DNA of 63,926 bases, the filler included, from Octopus bimaculoides (Eukaryota): assembly GCF_001194135.2 (NCBI RefSeq). It is 3 parts of 3 records of this genome, joined end to end, with 100 filler letters (N's around TTAATTAATTAA, not from the genome) between each part and the next. Parts side by side here need not be neighbours in the genome. Positions count along the whole stretch, not along the records: positions 38,766 to 63,926 come from NC_069002.1; 2 more parts are not named here. One strand, 5' to 3'. Made by a program: the position numbers and the translations under genes. Each line of letters begins with the position of its first letter. Position 1 is the first letter of the stretch. Below the pieces are notes generated by a model. The model searched no databases. It was not told the DNA's origin and worked only from the letters and a program-made list of their open reading frames with translations. Below are positions 39,070 through 51,641 of this stretch, piece by piece.

Positions 39070-40377
39070 CTTCTGCCACATTCCAGGGAGAAAAACTAGA
39101 CATAGTTGATAGCTTCCGCTATCTAGCTGACCAAGTTAGGAGTGAGGGAGGGTGCACTGAAAGTGTAGCTGCTAGAATAAGAATAGCCTGGGCAAAGTTC
39201 AGAGAGCTCTTGCCTCTGCTGGTGACAAAGGGCCTCTCACTCAGAGTAAAAGGCAGACTGTATGACGCATGTGTACGAACAGCCATTCTACATGGTAGTG
39301 AAACATGGGCCGTGACTGCTGAGGACAGGTGTAAGCTCGCAAGGAATGAAGCCAGTATGCTCCGATGGATGTGTAATGTCAGTGTGCATACTAGACAGAG
39401 TGTAAGTACCTTGAGAGAAAAGTTGGACCTAAGAAGCATCAGTTGTGGTGTGCAAGAGAGACAATTGCACTGGTATGGCCATGTGGCAAGAATAGATGAG
39501 GATAGCTGTGTGAAAAAGTGCCACACCCTAGCAGTTGAGGGAACCTGTGGAAGAGGCAGACCCAGGAAGACCTGGGATGAGGTGGTGAAGCACGACCTTC
39601 GAACATTAGGTCTCACCGAGGCAATGACTTGTGACTGAGACCTTTGGAAATATGCTGTGCGTGAGAAGACCCGGCAAGCAAAGTGAGACCATAATCTGAG
39701 GCCTCTGCTAGGGGTGCAGCTAGCCCACTTATCCATACCTTTCTTTCATTGGACACTAAACTCCGCTTGCTTGTGAAGACCTGTTGAGGCAAGTGAAATC
39801 GAAATCGAACCAAATTCGACGACTGGCACCCATGGCAATGTCTCCTTCATTGGACACTAAACTCGGCTTGCAAAGACCTGTTGGGGCAAGTGAAAGCGAA
39901 ATCGTGATGGCACCTGTGCCAGTGGAGCGCTAAGAGCACCGTCCGAGCATGATTGTTGCCAGAGCAGCTGTCTGGCTTCTGTACCAGTGGCACGTAAATG
40001 GCACCATTTGTGTGTGATCGTTACCAGCATCGCCTTACTGGCACTTGTGCTGGTGGCACTGGAAAAGACATTCCAGAGAGGTCGTTGCCAGTGCTGCTGG
40101 ACTGGCTCCTGTGCAGGTGGCCCGTAAAATACACCATTTTGAGCATGGCTGTTGCTAGTACCGCCTGACTGGCCTTTGTGCTGGTGGCACATAAAAGCAC
40201 CCACTACACTCTCGGAGTGGTTGGCGTTAGGAAGGGCATCCAGCTATAGAAACACTGCCAAATCGGATTGGAGCCTGGTGTAGCCATCTGGTTCGCCAGT
40301 CCTCAGTCAAATCGTCCAACACATGCTAGCATGGAAAGCGGATGTTAAACGATGATGATGATGATGATGATGATGAT
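39070..40377 (+). mobile_element. 5'-truncated RTE-clade LINE: ORF C-terminus (to 39638), 3' UTR and (GAT)n tail
   Basis: VDSFRYL..RIRIAWAKFRELLP..KGRLYDACVRTAILHGSETW..WYGHVAR..GRGRPRKTW. The 3' UTR has 'ggttggcgttaggaagggcatccagc'. Confidence 0.9.
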
Positions 40378-40560
40378 GCTTCAGTCACTTGACTGTGGCC
40401 ATGCTGGAGCATCGCCTTTAGTCGAACAAATCGACCGCAGGACTTATTCTTAGTAGGCCTAGTACTTCTTCTATTGATCTCTTTTGCCAAACCACTAAAT
40501 TACAGGGACATAAACACACCAACACCATCAAGCAATGGTGGGAGGACAAACACAAACACA
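40378..40560 (-). mobile_element. SINE family A tail half
   Basis: Matches the family A tail. Confidence 0.75.
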
Positions 40561-40569
40561 CATACACAA

Positions 40570-40638
<69 letters not shown>

Positions 40639-40639
<1 letters not shown>

Positions 40640-43067
40640 TGGCAGAGATACCTGGCATTGCCCATGTTACATGCACTGGAAGAATTAGACTTTTCTGTTA
40701 TATTTTCTCTAATGAACTGGAATACCTAAGATTCGAATTTCATAAAAATTGCACATGGGGGTTCTTTCACTCTTTATACACCTTAAAAAAATTCTAATAA
40801 TGACACATGTATCCCATACTACTGATCTTTATGCGCATATTCCAAAATTCCAGTCTTATGGAACCTGTTATTAGGATTTTGCTCCTGAAAAATGGAGGTC
40901 ATGGAGCTCTAAAATGTGGGAGTTAAGGCCCCTATTCGGGGTGGGTGTCTTAATGTCAACCAGAGAAATTGAATTGTTGAGAATCTTTTTAACTTGGGTG
41001 TTATATCTATTGTTCAAATTTCTTTGAAATAGGAAATATTTGTATGTTCACTGGGTTTGTAAAAGAGAGCAAAACTACAGGAAACCAAAAGACGAATGAT
41101 CACAATAAGCAGTCAGCTACCCTACCCAAGTCGTTACTACTCCCCAATGTAGAATTCCTCACTATACAGGTGACAGGCACAGCCACAAGATGTATTACGG
41201 ATCTATAGCAATTGGAAGGGTGTGACCCAACTGAAATAAACATTAACAACTGTGTGACGTGAGGGCTAAGGGGAAATGAAAGTTTGCAACTGACCACTAT
41301 ACCGATAGGTAACTGGACTGAATAAATTTACAATCTATAAATGTCCAGTCACTCACCTGGGGACTACGTGTGACCCAGTGATAATAAAAAGACTCAAAGG
41401 AGGTCTGCAAGGAAATAACTTTACTCAACACTTTGCAACTGAATCAGTGGAGGCAAGGATGCTTCTCTTTTACTTGACAATTTATGCACCACATTGCAGA
41501 AATCACAATGTAAGTATATTTCAAAGCAAACTCTTACACTGTTGTATCATTGAATTACAAATAACACTCATCTTTTGTGCTCAGGTGACCCTATAGCTTC
41601 CAAGAGTACAACTGTATTCCTCTTTGCTTAGATAAAATGACTAAATTGTGGGTGTGAAGTCCCCATGAAGAGGTCTTTCTAACTTCTAAGAAGATGAAAT
41701 TTTAGAAATATTACTTCATTTGTGCCTAATATCTATGGTTAAAATTTCATCAACCTCAAAAATATATGAATTTTCATGGAGGTTATGGCCCTTATGCATA
41801 CAATATAATTACCAAATTTCATAAAGATCCATTCAGTACTTTTGACCTAGTTTGGGATCATGAAAAATGACTAAAATTTGGGAGTTAAGGCTCCCATTAG
41901 AATCCTCATGAGAAGTGAAAAGCTTGAGAATACATCTTGATGTGTGTCAATTATTCATCATCACCAGGCTCCAATCTGATCTGGCAGAGTTTCTACAGCT
42001 GGATGCCCTTCCTAACGCCAACCACTCTGAGAGTGTAGTGGGTGCTTTTACATGCCACTGGCATGAGGGCCAGTCAGGTGGTATTGGCAACGGTCACGCT
42101 CAAATGGTGTTTTTTACATGCCACCTGCACAGAAGTCAGTCAAGCAGCATTGGCAACGACCTCGCTCAAATGTTTTTTCACATGCCACTGGCACAAGTAC
42201 CAGTAAGGCGATGCTGGTAACGATCAAGCTCAAATGGTGCTTTTTACGTGCCACCGGCATGGAAGCCAGACAGCTGTTCTGGCAATGATCATGTTCAGAT
42301 GGTGCTGTTAGAGCTCCACTGGGATGGATGCCAGCCATCAAATTTGGCTCGATTTCGATTTCACTTGCCTCAACAGGTCTTCGCAAGCAGAGTTTAGTGT
42401 CCAATGAAGGAAGGGTACACATAAGTGGGTTGGTTACACCCCTGGCAAAGGCCACGGGTTATGGTCTCACTAGGCTTGCCGAGTCTTCTCATGCACAGCA
42501 TATTTCCAATGGTCTCGGTCACTAGTCATTGCCTTGGTGAGGCCTCATGTTCAAAGGTCATGCTTCACCACTTCATCCCAGGTCTTCCTGGGTCTACCTC
42601 TTCCACAGTTTCCCTCAACTGCTAGGGTGTGGCACTTTTTCACACAGCTATCCTCATCCATACCAGCGCAATCGTCTCTCTTGCACACCACAACTGATGC
42701 TTCTTAGGTTCAGCTTTTCTCTCAAGGTACTTACACTCTGTTGAGTATGACACTGACCCATGGTTGAAATATCATCAATATTGAAAATTTATGAATTTTC
42801 ATGGGTGTTCTGCCCCATTTAAGCCATCTTAAATTCGAACCGAATATACTGCATTATACCTGCCCTTATGCATTGAATCTAAGTTCCAAATATCATAAGG
42901 ATCCATTCAGTAATTTTGGTCCACAAAATTGTATGAAACACACAGCATTACCCTTCTCCCTAGGCTTGGATTTTGTGTTCCAAATTTCATTAGGATCGGT
43001 GCAGTAGTTTTCGAATGCATAAGTAACGCACGAACACACATAAAGACATTGACTTTTATATAATAGA
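40639..43067 (-). mobile_element. Non-autonomous Helitron-like element (about 2.4 kb including a nested RTE)
   Basis: 5' end A|TCTATTATATAAAAGTCAATG at 43067. Decayed 3' hairpin CATGGGCAATGCCAGG followed by CCAG|T at 40639. Recurrent internal motifs (GGGAGTTAAGGC). Confidence 0.6.
41945..42757 (-). mobile_element. RTE LINE 3' fragment (same family as 39070-40377) nested in the Helitron
   Basis: Reverse-complement similarity to 39380-40290. Confidence 0.85.
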
Positions 43068-43344
43068 TATGAATATACACATATACATACATGTATATGT
43101 GTGTGTGTGNNNNNNNNNNNNNNNNNNNNNNNNNNNNNNNNNNNNNNNNNNNNNNNNNNNNNNNNNNNNNNNNNNNNNNNNNNNNNNNNNNNNNNNNNNN
43201 NNNNNNNNNNNNNNNNNNNNNNNNNNNNNNNNNNNNNNNNNNNNNNNNNNNNNNNNNNNTGTATATACACACACACACACAAAAAGATAGATTGATAGAT
43301 ACAACTGAGTGGGCAAAGAAAAATATGAGACACTGCCTAGTGCT

Positions 43345-43660
43345 ATTTTTTACATTTTGATAAGCCTATCAGTTTCTTCTTGTCAAACCAGTAAGTTATG
43401 GTTGATGTAAATAAACGAACAGCAGTTGTGAAGCAGTGATGAGGGAGAAATGCAGAGAGAAAGACACACACATACACTTACATATATACATATATATATA
43501 TGACTGATTTATTTAAGTTTTTGTCTACAAAATCCACTCACAAGGCTTTAGTTGGTCTGAGGCTGTAGCAGAAGACACATGCCAAGTCACCACACAGTGG
43601 GACTGAACCCAGGACCATGTGTTTTGGAACTAAGTTTCTTACCACACAGCCACACCTGCA
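43345..43660 (-). mobile_element. SINE family A
   Basis: Head 'tggctgtgtggtaagaaacttagttccaaaacacatggtcctgggttcagtcccactgtgtgg' on the minus strand. Confidence 0.75.
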
Positions 43661-44284
43661 CCTATGTATGTGTGTGTGTGTGTATGTATATGTGTGTGTG
43701 TATGAGCGTATATATGTATGCATGTATATATGTGTACATATATGTGTACATATAACATGTACATCTATATATATACATGTACATCTATATATATACATCT
43801 ACACATATACATGTATACATATACATCTATACATATACAGCTATACATATACATGTATACATATACATCTATATCTATACATGTATATATATATACATCT
43901 ATACATACATAGTCACTTCTTCCTTTCTCACCCCAGCTAGACGAAACTACTATCTCTCTGTTCAGCTTCGTCATATCACAGTGTTCAATATCTCATCGCA
44001 TTTGGCCCTACGGCCTTTTTATGTTGTTTTCACTGTCTAATTTTTCCTGTCCTGTTATAACGGGGTCAACGATATTGTTCCATGGGCTTTAGGAGTTGAC
44101 CCCGTTATAACTCTATGTAAACAAACCTTCTAATGGTCACTAACCATGTAACATCTCAGCTCGTAAGTTACCCCATTATTTCGTNNNNNNNNNNNNNNNN
44201 NNNNNNNNNNNNNNNNNNNNNNNNNNNNNNNNNNNNNNNNNNNNNNNNNNNNNNNNNNNNNNNNNNNNNNNNNNNNNNNNNNNN

Positions 44285-44375
44285 AGCATGGAAAGCGGAC
44301 GTTAAACGATGATGATGACGATGATGATGATACACGATGATAATGATGATGATGATGATGACAATGATGATGATG
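44285..44375 (+). mobile_element. RTE 3' tip with (GAT)n tail emerging from a gap
   Basis: 'agcatggaaagcggacgttaaacgatgatg' matches 40328-40377. Confidence 0.75.
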
Positions 44376-45917
44376 GAATCTCCCTTCAAAGACAACGTAT
44401 GAATGTTCAGTAAGAAAGCAATAAAATCTAATTAGGAATCATTATATAATAACAACAGAAAGCGGAAAGCAATCAAACTGGTCATACAAGGAAATAATAC
44501 TAATGCAAACTGACAGTTAACAATACACTGATAATAGTATCATCATCATTATTATTATTATTATTATTATTACTATTATTATTATTTTTACGATTGTTTC
44601 CCAATATTTACAATTTATGTATTTTATTTGGTGACTCCTCATGAGAGTCTTCAGGCCACCAATTGATTTACATATATATTTAGTGTTACCCCTTCGATCA
44701 ATGATTATATTTTTTCACAAAACAGGTAGAATTCAATTTGTATCTTGTTATCTTAGAATGGTTGAGTGATAAAGCAATAGACAGCCAATCTGGAGCATAG
44801 CTATTAATAGTTTATCACTGACGGTATATTGTCAAGGTGGAAAAACCCAGCATGAGCAATGTGGACTCCACCTTTTTTTCTGATTAAACAGAAAATACGT
44901 AAAGTTGTAATCACAAATCTCAAATATCACTGATTGCATAGTTAGAAATAGATCCTACAGAAGAGAACAAAGCTTTTGCAGTGGGACTTGGGCAAAGTTG
45001 CCGTGGATTTTTTCTACTTTGTATTGTTTCTTTGGCTCTGTTAAGGTAACTTACTTTCCTGAAAGAAAAACAAGGCTAGACAGCTGTGAGAAAGTGGCAA
45101 TATTGTAAACAACAAACACCAACGCCCGGCCTATGTTTAAATCAGAAGATTAGCCAGAGTCCAGCAACAGAGATATTTATATATCAGATCAAAAGAAACA
45201 ACTGCTGACAGTCTGAGAATGTCTGTCGATGATATGGCCAGTGAGAATATTTGCTGACCATTTAAGAATTTTTGTGGATCTTAGTGCTAGTGTCTTAACA
45301 ACATTTTGGAAAGCAGAGGAAGACACTTTTGATAAATTCTTTGGTAAGAGAATGGATCTCAAAAGTGTTTGAATTCCCTTTGTGCCAGATATATTTAATT
45401 GGTTCTTATCAAGAGCAATAAATGTATGACAGGATAATTCTGTAAAGTGGTAGTAAGACATATTTGGTATGAAATATGAAGAAAATAGACAGCTTTTGAT
45501 GTCAGTTAATGAACATGATGGCCAATCTGTGGCTGTCAGAAAATGACTAAGAATAAACTTGTGTAAATGTTTTGTTTCCTCACCTGCCACACTGTTCAGA
45601 TAACAACTTATTTTACACAAAATAATGATAAACTTATTAGGAAATGAAATGCATTTTCCGTTATCTTTTATCGGAATAATGTCTCATAACATTATTAAAC
45701 TCAGTTCCTCTGGTAACGCTTGATTCAATAATGATGATAATAATGTGTGAGTGTGTGTGTGTATGTGTCTGTGTCTCTGTGTGTGCATGTCTGTGTGTGT
45801 ATACATATGTTCATACACACATGTATATATGTACGTATGTGTATAAGTATCTATGTATGCTTTCTCTAACTTCTCTTTCTTATTCATCCTCCTCTTTTAC
45901 TTCTACTTTTCTATCTT

Positions 45918-45953
45918 TCTTCTGATGAAGAACTGGCATCTGAAGTGTCAAGA
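45918..45953 (+). ncRNA. Decayed minimal hammerhead motif in a PLE-type terminal fragment
   Basis: TCTT-CTGATGA-AGA(ACTGGCA)TCT-GAAG-TG-TC-AAGA. Stems I and II pair, but GAAAC is mutated. Confidence 0.4.
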
Positions 45954-46059
45954 TGCTTTCCCTTCTTTCTATGCATTAAACTAATGCAACATTGGCTCAA
46001 ACCTGTCCATCCCATGTTTTCTGCATTTTGCACTCATTGCTTTCTTAACACACACTCAC

Positions 46060-47150
46060 AAATTGGGTAGAAATAGGCTCCCAAGAGAGAAAAAACTCTC
46101 ATCAGGAAAATCAAAGGACTTAATAAAAAAACTAACCAATTAAAATACTACCACCAACAGCATACACATTCAACAGAATTAACAGCAATAAGAAGGCTTG
46201 ATTTGAAAAAACATAATCTGCAGATCACCATGAAACCCTACATTGACAATCAAAGGACTACAGAGGACAACTGGTGAATCAGAAAATTCAAGCAGAACCC
46301 AGAAGTGTTCTATTCATGCCAACAAGCATAGGACCACAGTGTCACCCATTGGTCCACAAATTGTTCATAACAGCATTCTCCAATAAGATACTAAAGAAAT
46401 GGCAGAAGTAGTGCAGAAACAATACTGTTCTGTCATTAGTGATCCCACTGATACTGATGCAAGGGATCTAAACGAAACTCAATCCTCAACATACTATCAT
46501 AGACATAACGTTTACTGCCCCAGACATCACAGCAGCAATAAATGGAATCAAGTATTATCCTGTTGTAGGTTCTGATAGATTTCCTGCTAATCTCCTGAAT
46601 GAATACAGGCACCAACTTGCAACCCCTCTAACCAACCTCTGAAGAAATTCTTTAAACTGAGGCTATATACCAAAACCGTTCTTATCCCAAGCCATCATCT
46701 TGGTCTTCAAAAAGGGAAACAGGTATCTCATAGTTATCTATCACCCAATCTCACTCACCTCCCATGTCATCAAAGTGTTTAAAAGGTGAGATCAAAGATA
46801 GCTGGATTCCTGAAGAGCTACAAACTTCTAAATTGCAACTATCATGGCTTTTGCCATGGCAGGGACTGCCTAACACAGCTCTTACATCGAATTAATGATG
46901 CCTTTAAAGTCTTGGGATCAAGTTCAAACTTTGACATCATATATCTTGATTTCAGCAAAACATTCAACAGAGTCAACCACAACATTGTCCTGTTAAAATT
47001 GTCAAATATTAGAATCCATGGAAAACTGCTAACACTGGATTAAGTATTTCCTGGTGAACACAACACATGTTGCAATCAGTGGAATCCATTCAAGCCTAGT
47101 GAATGTCACAAGTGATGTCCCTTAGGAGACTGTTTTGGACCTGCTTCTCT
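46060..47150 (+). mobile_element. CR1/L2-like LINE RT, 5' part (decayed)
   Basis: YHGFCHGRDCLTQLL..DIIYLDFSKTFNRVNH. Breaks just after the VLGPLL-equivalent motif. Confidence 0.85.
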
Positions 47151-48320
47151 CTCCTGTTTCCCCTCACTTACCACCCCACCACCCTACCTCTCCAACGCAC
47201 CATTCTCTGAGCCTTCTGGCGACTCCAGTCCGATCCCTCCACTTCACACATCTTCCCTAACCAACCCCTCCCCTTCTTCAAATGCGCTCACAACCTACGA
47301 GACCTCTTGGTCCACAGCTTCTTCTCTAACCCAATCCCCCAACCCAGCTCGTTCCCGTGCTTCTGCCCACGCTGCCGCACTTGCCATTACCTCTCCAACA
47401 CCACCCTCCTCACAGGCACCCATCATCGACCCTATCATATCACTGACTCCTTCACTTGCACTTCTAGCAATGTCATCTACTGCATCTCCTGCTCTCTCTG
47501 TCCTTCTCTATACATCAGTCAAATGGGATGCTGCTTGGCTGACCGGTTCGCGGAACACCCCGAGACATCAGACTTGGCAACGACACCCCAGTCTCGCGCC
47601 ATTTCCGCTCTACCGGTCATTCTTTACAACACCTGTCTGTGTTCGGATTGTCCTTGCACAGGGGCTATCCGGGCTCCCTTCTTCACCATGAGCAGGGATT
47701 AATCTTCTCTCTTTGCTCCTTTTCTCCACATGGGCTTAACTCTCCTCCTCCTTCATCTAACCCTCCTCCTCTCTTCCTCTCACACCTACTTCCTCTTACC
47801 CACTTCTCTCTTGCTCTGACACCTACTTCCTCTCTTCACTCCTACCCACCTTCTCCCTTCCACCCTCTCCCTTCATCGTTACTCCACCCCTACACATTCC
47901 AACCCCACCATCCCATCCCNNNNNNNNNNNNNNNNNNNNNNNNNNNNNNNNNNNNNNNNNNNNNNNNNNNNNNNNNNNNNNNNNNNNNNACCTACACATG
48001 CACATGTCAAGGTCAGCAGCCCCCTTCCACATGCACATACACACGCACGCACACCTTTGTTTTGGGATCACCACTACTTTATTATCTCCCCTTCTTAGCT
48101 CTCCTGTGTGACCCCTCTGTCCAGCATTCACCATGATAGATCACTAGCCACTAAACCTTTTTTATTTTCTCTCCCTGTTTATTTCTGTGTTCCTTTCTGT
48201 TGAAGAACATAGGCTCGAAACGTAAATGACTTTCTCACTTCCCAAGCATTAAACTAATATATCTGTTTGTTGTTTACACACCCATCTTTGTCTTTTGTTT
48301 TTCCTGTAAACTTTCACTAT
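47150..48320 (+). mobile_element. Penelope-like element 3' part (GIY-YIG endonuclease remnant plus pseudo-LTR) nested in the CR1
   Basis: NLRDLLVHS..RCRTCHYL..FTCTSSNVIYCISCSLCPSLYI..LADRFAEH. Pyrimidine tract, then pseudo-LTR with a hammerhead-like motif at 48193-48228. Confidence 0.85.
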
Positions 48321-49260
48321 ATAAATGACATCTCAAGTGTCATCAAGAACAGCAAAATAAAGATATTTGCAGACGACTCCAAGTTTCAGAAAACTACCAA
48401 TGGAGACAAAGCCCAAACTGAACTTCAGCCTGATCTACATGCCATAAGCTAATGGGCAGACAAAAACAGTTAAATGAGGAAAAATTTGAACTTGTGTACT
48501 TTGGAAAAGAGAAAGAGCTCAAACAACCATATTCTCTTCCTTCAGAAGAACTACTTACAGCATCCAATAATATCAGGGACATGATAGTAATTGTTGGCAA
48601 CAATCTTGTATGGAGTGTTCACATCAACAATAAAGTCGGTATGGCTCACAGGATGAGATCCTGGATCCTCAGAACTTTCTGATCCAAACAGCAAGATGTC
48701 ATTATTCCCCTTTTCTCTTCTTTTGTACAGCCTTCATCAAGAATATCGCTGCACCCCCAGCCTGTGGTCTCTCCACGCCAAATAAAACATTACGAGAACT
48801 GAGTCACCCCAGAGAGCACTCACTAAAGAAATTGAGGGCCTGACTAATCTTGATTATTGGGACCACTTTAAAACATCGAAGCTTTATTCTTTGCCATGAC
48901 CACTACATCTTTTGCACAATGTGGAAAATATACCAGCAGCATGGCCTTAACATCAAATTTGGAAATCATCCAAAACTGAGGCTACATGTCATATGCCCCC
49001 TACACAATTCAGGGTCACAACACATTATTACATCGCAACACAATTTCTTTTCTTCTGCGGGCCCTGGTCTTTTTAACATTAAGATCCTATCACTTTCAAG
49101 TGATATCTGGCCAAATTTCTTCAAGGGATACCATATAAGCCAGCTATAACTGGATACATCTCAGTCAACAACAACTCCCTACTTGAATGGGGTACCACAA
49201 AAACTTGACTCAAAGACAACTTAACAAATGCTATCAGGTGGTGCAATTAAGTTAGACACA
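48320..49260 (+). mobile_element. CR1/L2-like LINE RT, 3' part (continuation of 46060-47150)
   Basis: YINDISSVIKNSKIKIFADDSK..WSVHINNKVGMAHRMRSWILRTF. Confidence 0.85.
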
Positions 49261-49277
49261 GCCTGGGCCAAATTGAA

Positions 49278-49322
<45 letters not shown>

Positions 49323-50480
49323 GTGTGTGTGTGTGTGAGTGTGTTAAATAAACTGAAACAAAGCCAAGGGTGTGTGGAATTTTCAGGACATTTATAAAGA
49401 GAAAGTTAGTCTTACAGATGTTTCTGGGATATTAGGGATATTCCTTCATCAGCATTACCATACGGTTACCTGCCACCTTGGCTCTTCTGAATACCAATAC
49501 CTCTCATATATATATATATCTTCTGTCTTCAGTCTCTCATTAACCATATACATAGCGAACACTGTGAAAGTGACCGTGCCTTACAAGTAAGTTACCAGGT
49601 ATAAACTATTCCTTTTATTATCTAATAACCACATACACACACACTCATGTATGTGTGTGTGTGTATTATAGACAGAAATTCTACAGTTAACATGGTTAAT
49701 TCTTTAAAGTGCTGGATTAAATGAAAGTTTTAATCAAGTATGAAATTATGTGTAATGGTGCAAATGATCCAACTCTTTCTTATAAAACCACTTTTTAAAC
49801 ATATTTTTCTCAAACCACCAAATAAAAAGAAAACAAAACAAATTAAAACACGATAAAAACATAAATTTATTTTTCTAACATTTAATTCTTTTCCCATAAA
49901 AATTTATTTTCTGATGTCTGGACTCTCTTCTGCTTTTCCTTTAACCTCTTTCCAGAAGCATTTCATTCCATTGTCAATCATTTGATGAACTTGAAGAATA
50001 ATCCTTTCAAAATTGGGATCAAAATCCATTAGGTGCCACTTTAGCCCTTCTGCAGAGTCAAAGGAATCTTGGTAATGCTGCAAATTCATTTCCCAATTTG
50101 GCACATTTTCTCCCTTTCTGTATCGATCTTCATAATCATACTATTGATCAATGTTAAAGAGATCAATATCATTCAATTCTTAGTAATATTAGTTCAATAA
50201 TTCTTGTACATTTGTCAAATCAACTTCACACGATTCATGCCCAGTGATGGTAATTGGGGCTATCTTTTGACTAATTCCTTGAAAATCATTCCCACAGTGC
50301 AACAAAAATTCTTCCCACACAGCTCCCACAGTAACTTGGCATAATACATTACCACGATTCTTCAAGTTATCACTCATGGTGTCTTGTGTTGCTTGTTCAA
50401 AAGTTATCATCAGATAATTAGCTTTGAACTTTGCAATTACCTTAAAATCCACAAATTGCAAAACAGATGTCCTGTTAGAG

Positions 50481-51388
50481 CAGAGATTCTCAACCATTTT
50501 TTTATCTATGGAGCCCTTTGATTACTATTTTATTCTTGTGGACCCCACCACAGCCATTCAATATTCAAAAACTAGTTTTATAGAAACTTCTTTCAAAATT
50601 TGTATTTTGTTTTTTCACACATTCACTTGTCTTAGCTGAACTATGTAAGACATGGTTCCCAACCATTTTTTACTTAAGGACCCCTTTCAATACTATTTCA
50701 TTCTGGTGGACCCCACCACAGCCATGTTTAAAAACTAGTTTTATTGAAACTTCTTTCAAAATTCCTATTTTGTTTTTTCACACATTCCCTTGTGTAGTTT
50801 AAACCATGTAAAATGTTAGAGAAAGAAACCTGTCTGTTTCTTGCAATATGTACCAACACATACATCCAAAGCAGAGGAAAGGGGAACATTTCTAACCAAT
50901 TACCCCCCCCCCCNNNNNNNNNNNNNNNCCAACACATACATCCAAAGCAGAGGAAAGGGGAACATTTCTAACCAATTACCCCCCCCCCCCAAAAAAAAAA
51001 TATTTATTTATGCCAACATTACCTGCTTTATTTGAAAGGAAGAAAATCATAGATTCTTTGAATTAAAAAAGTTTATTGAATCTATTTACCTATCCATAAC
51101 ATTGAGCAGATGCAGTGTGGCCAGAAAAAAAAAATTTCCGTCATAACAAGGAACACATTTTTATATAATTTTACTTATGTCTAATGAGTCTCATTACCGC
51201 CAAGAGTTTCATTTTACCCTTCTTGGGGTAATTTACCCCAGTTCACTGACCCCTGATCTAAAGCAAAATTTTTTCAGGGGTCCTTAAAATACTATTGTGG
51301 ATCCCCCATTTACTATTTTGTTACATGGTGCCCTAAAAATCTTATAATGACCCTCAGGCGCCAAATGGACCCCAGTTAAGAGCCACTG
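50481..51388. mobile_element. hAT-type MITE (internally duplicated or composite) inserted in the Tigger fossil
   Basis: Ends CAGAGATTCTCAACC and AGTTAAGAGCCACTG. TSD TGTTAGAG/TGTTGGAG. Removing it restores the reading F-R-L-S-N-R-T-S-V-L-Q. Confidence 0.75.
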
Positions 51389-51641
51389 TGTTGGAGAGAC
51401 GAAAAATAAAATCTTCACAGATTTATCCAAGTCACTTTTAGAAAGAGAATCACCAGAAATGTTATTCAAAAAGCAAGAAAGCTTTAAAACTATGATTATT
51501 TTGCTCATATTTTTCCATTGTTGGACAGAAATAAGTCTTGAAGCAAACTTTGAAAAGAACTTCATCACCCATACTTTTATATTTTAGCTCCAAATGATTG
51601 ATAATGCTTGTTGATTGTAGTCTCTGTGTTTTTATATTTTA

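Noticed and set aside
39119-39736. 205-aa minus-strand ORF
   Set aside because: It is the antisense shadow of the RTE ORF.
44757-44900. Good acceptor site (TTATCTTAG) upstream of the candidate exons
   Set aside because: All three frames hit a stop within 15 codons.
50850-50990. About 60-bp direct repeat flanking 15 N
   Set aside because: Both copies end in poly-C at a tiny gap, typical of an unmerged contig overlap.
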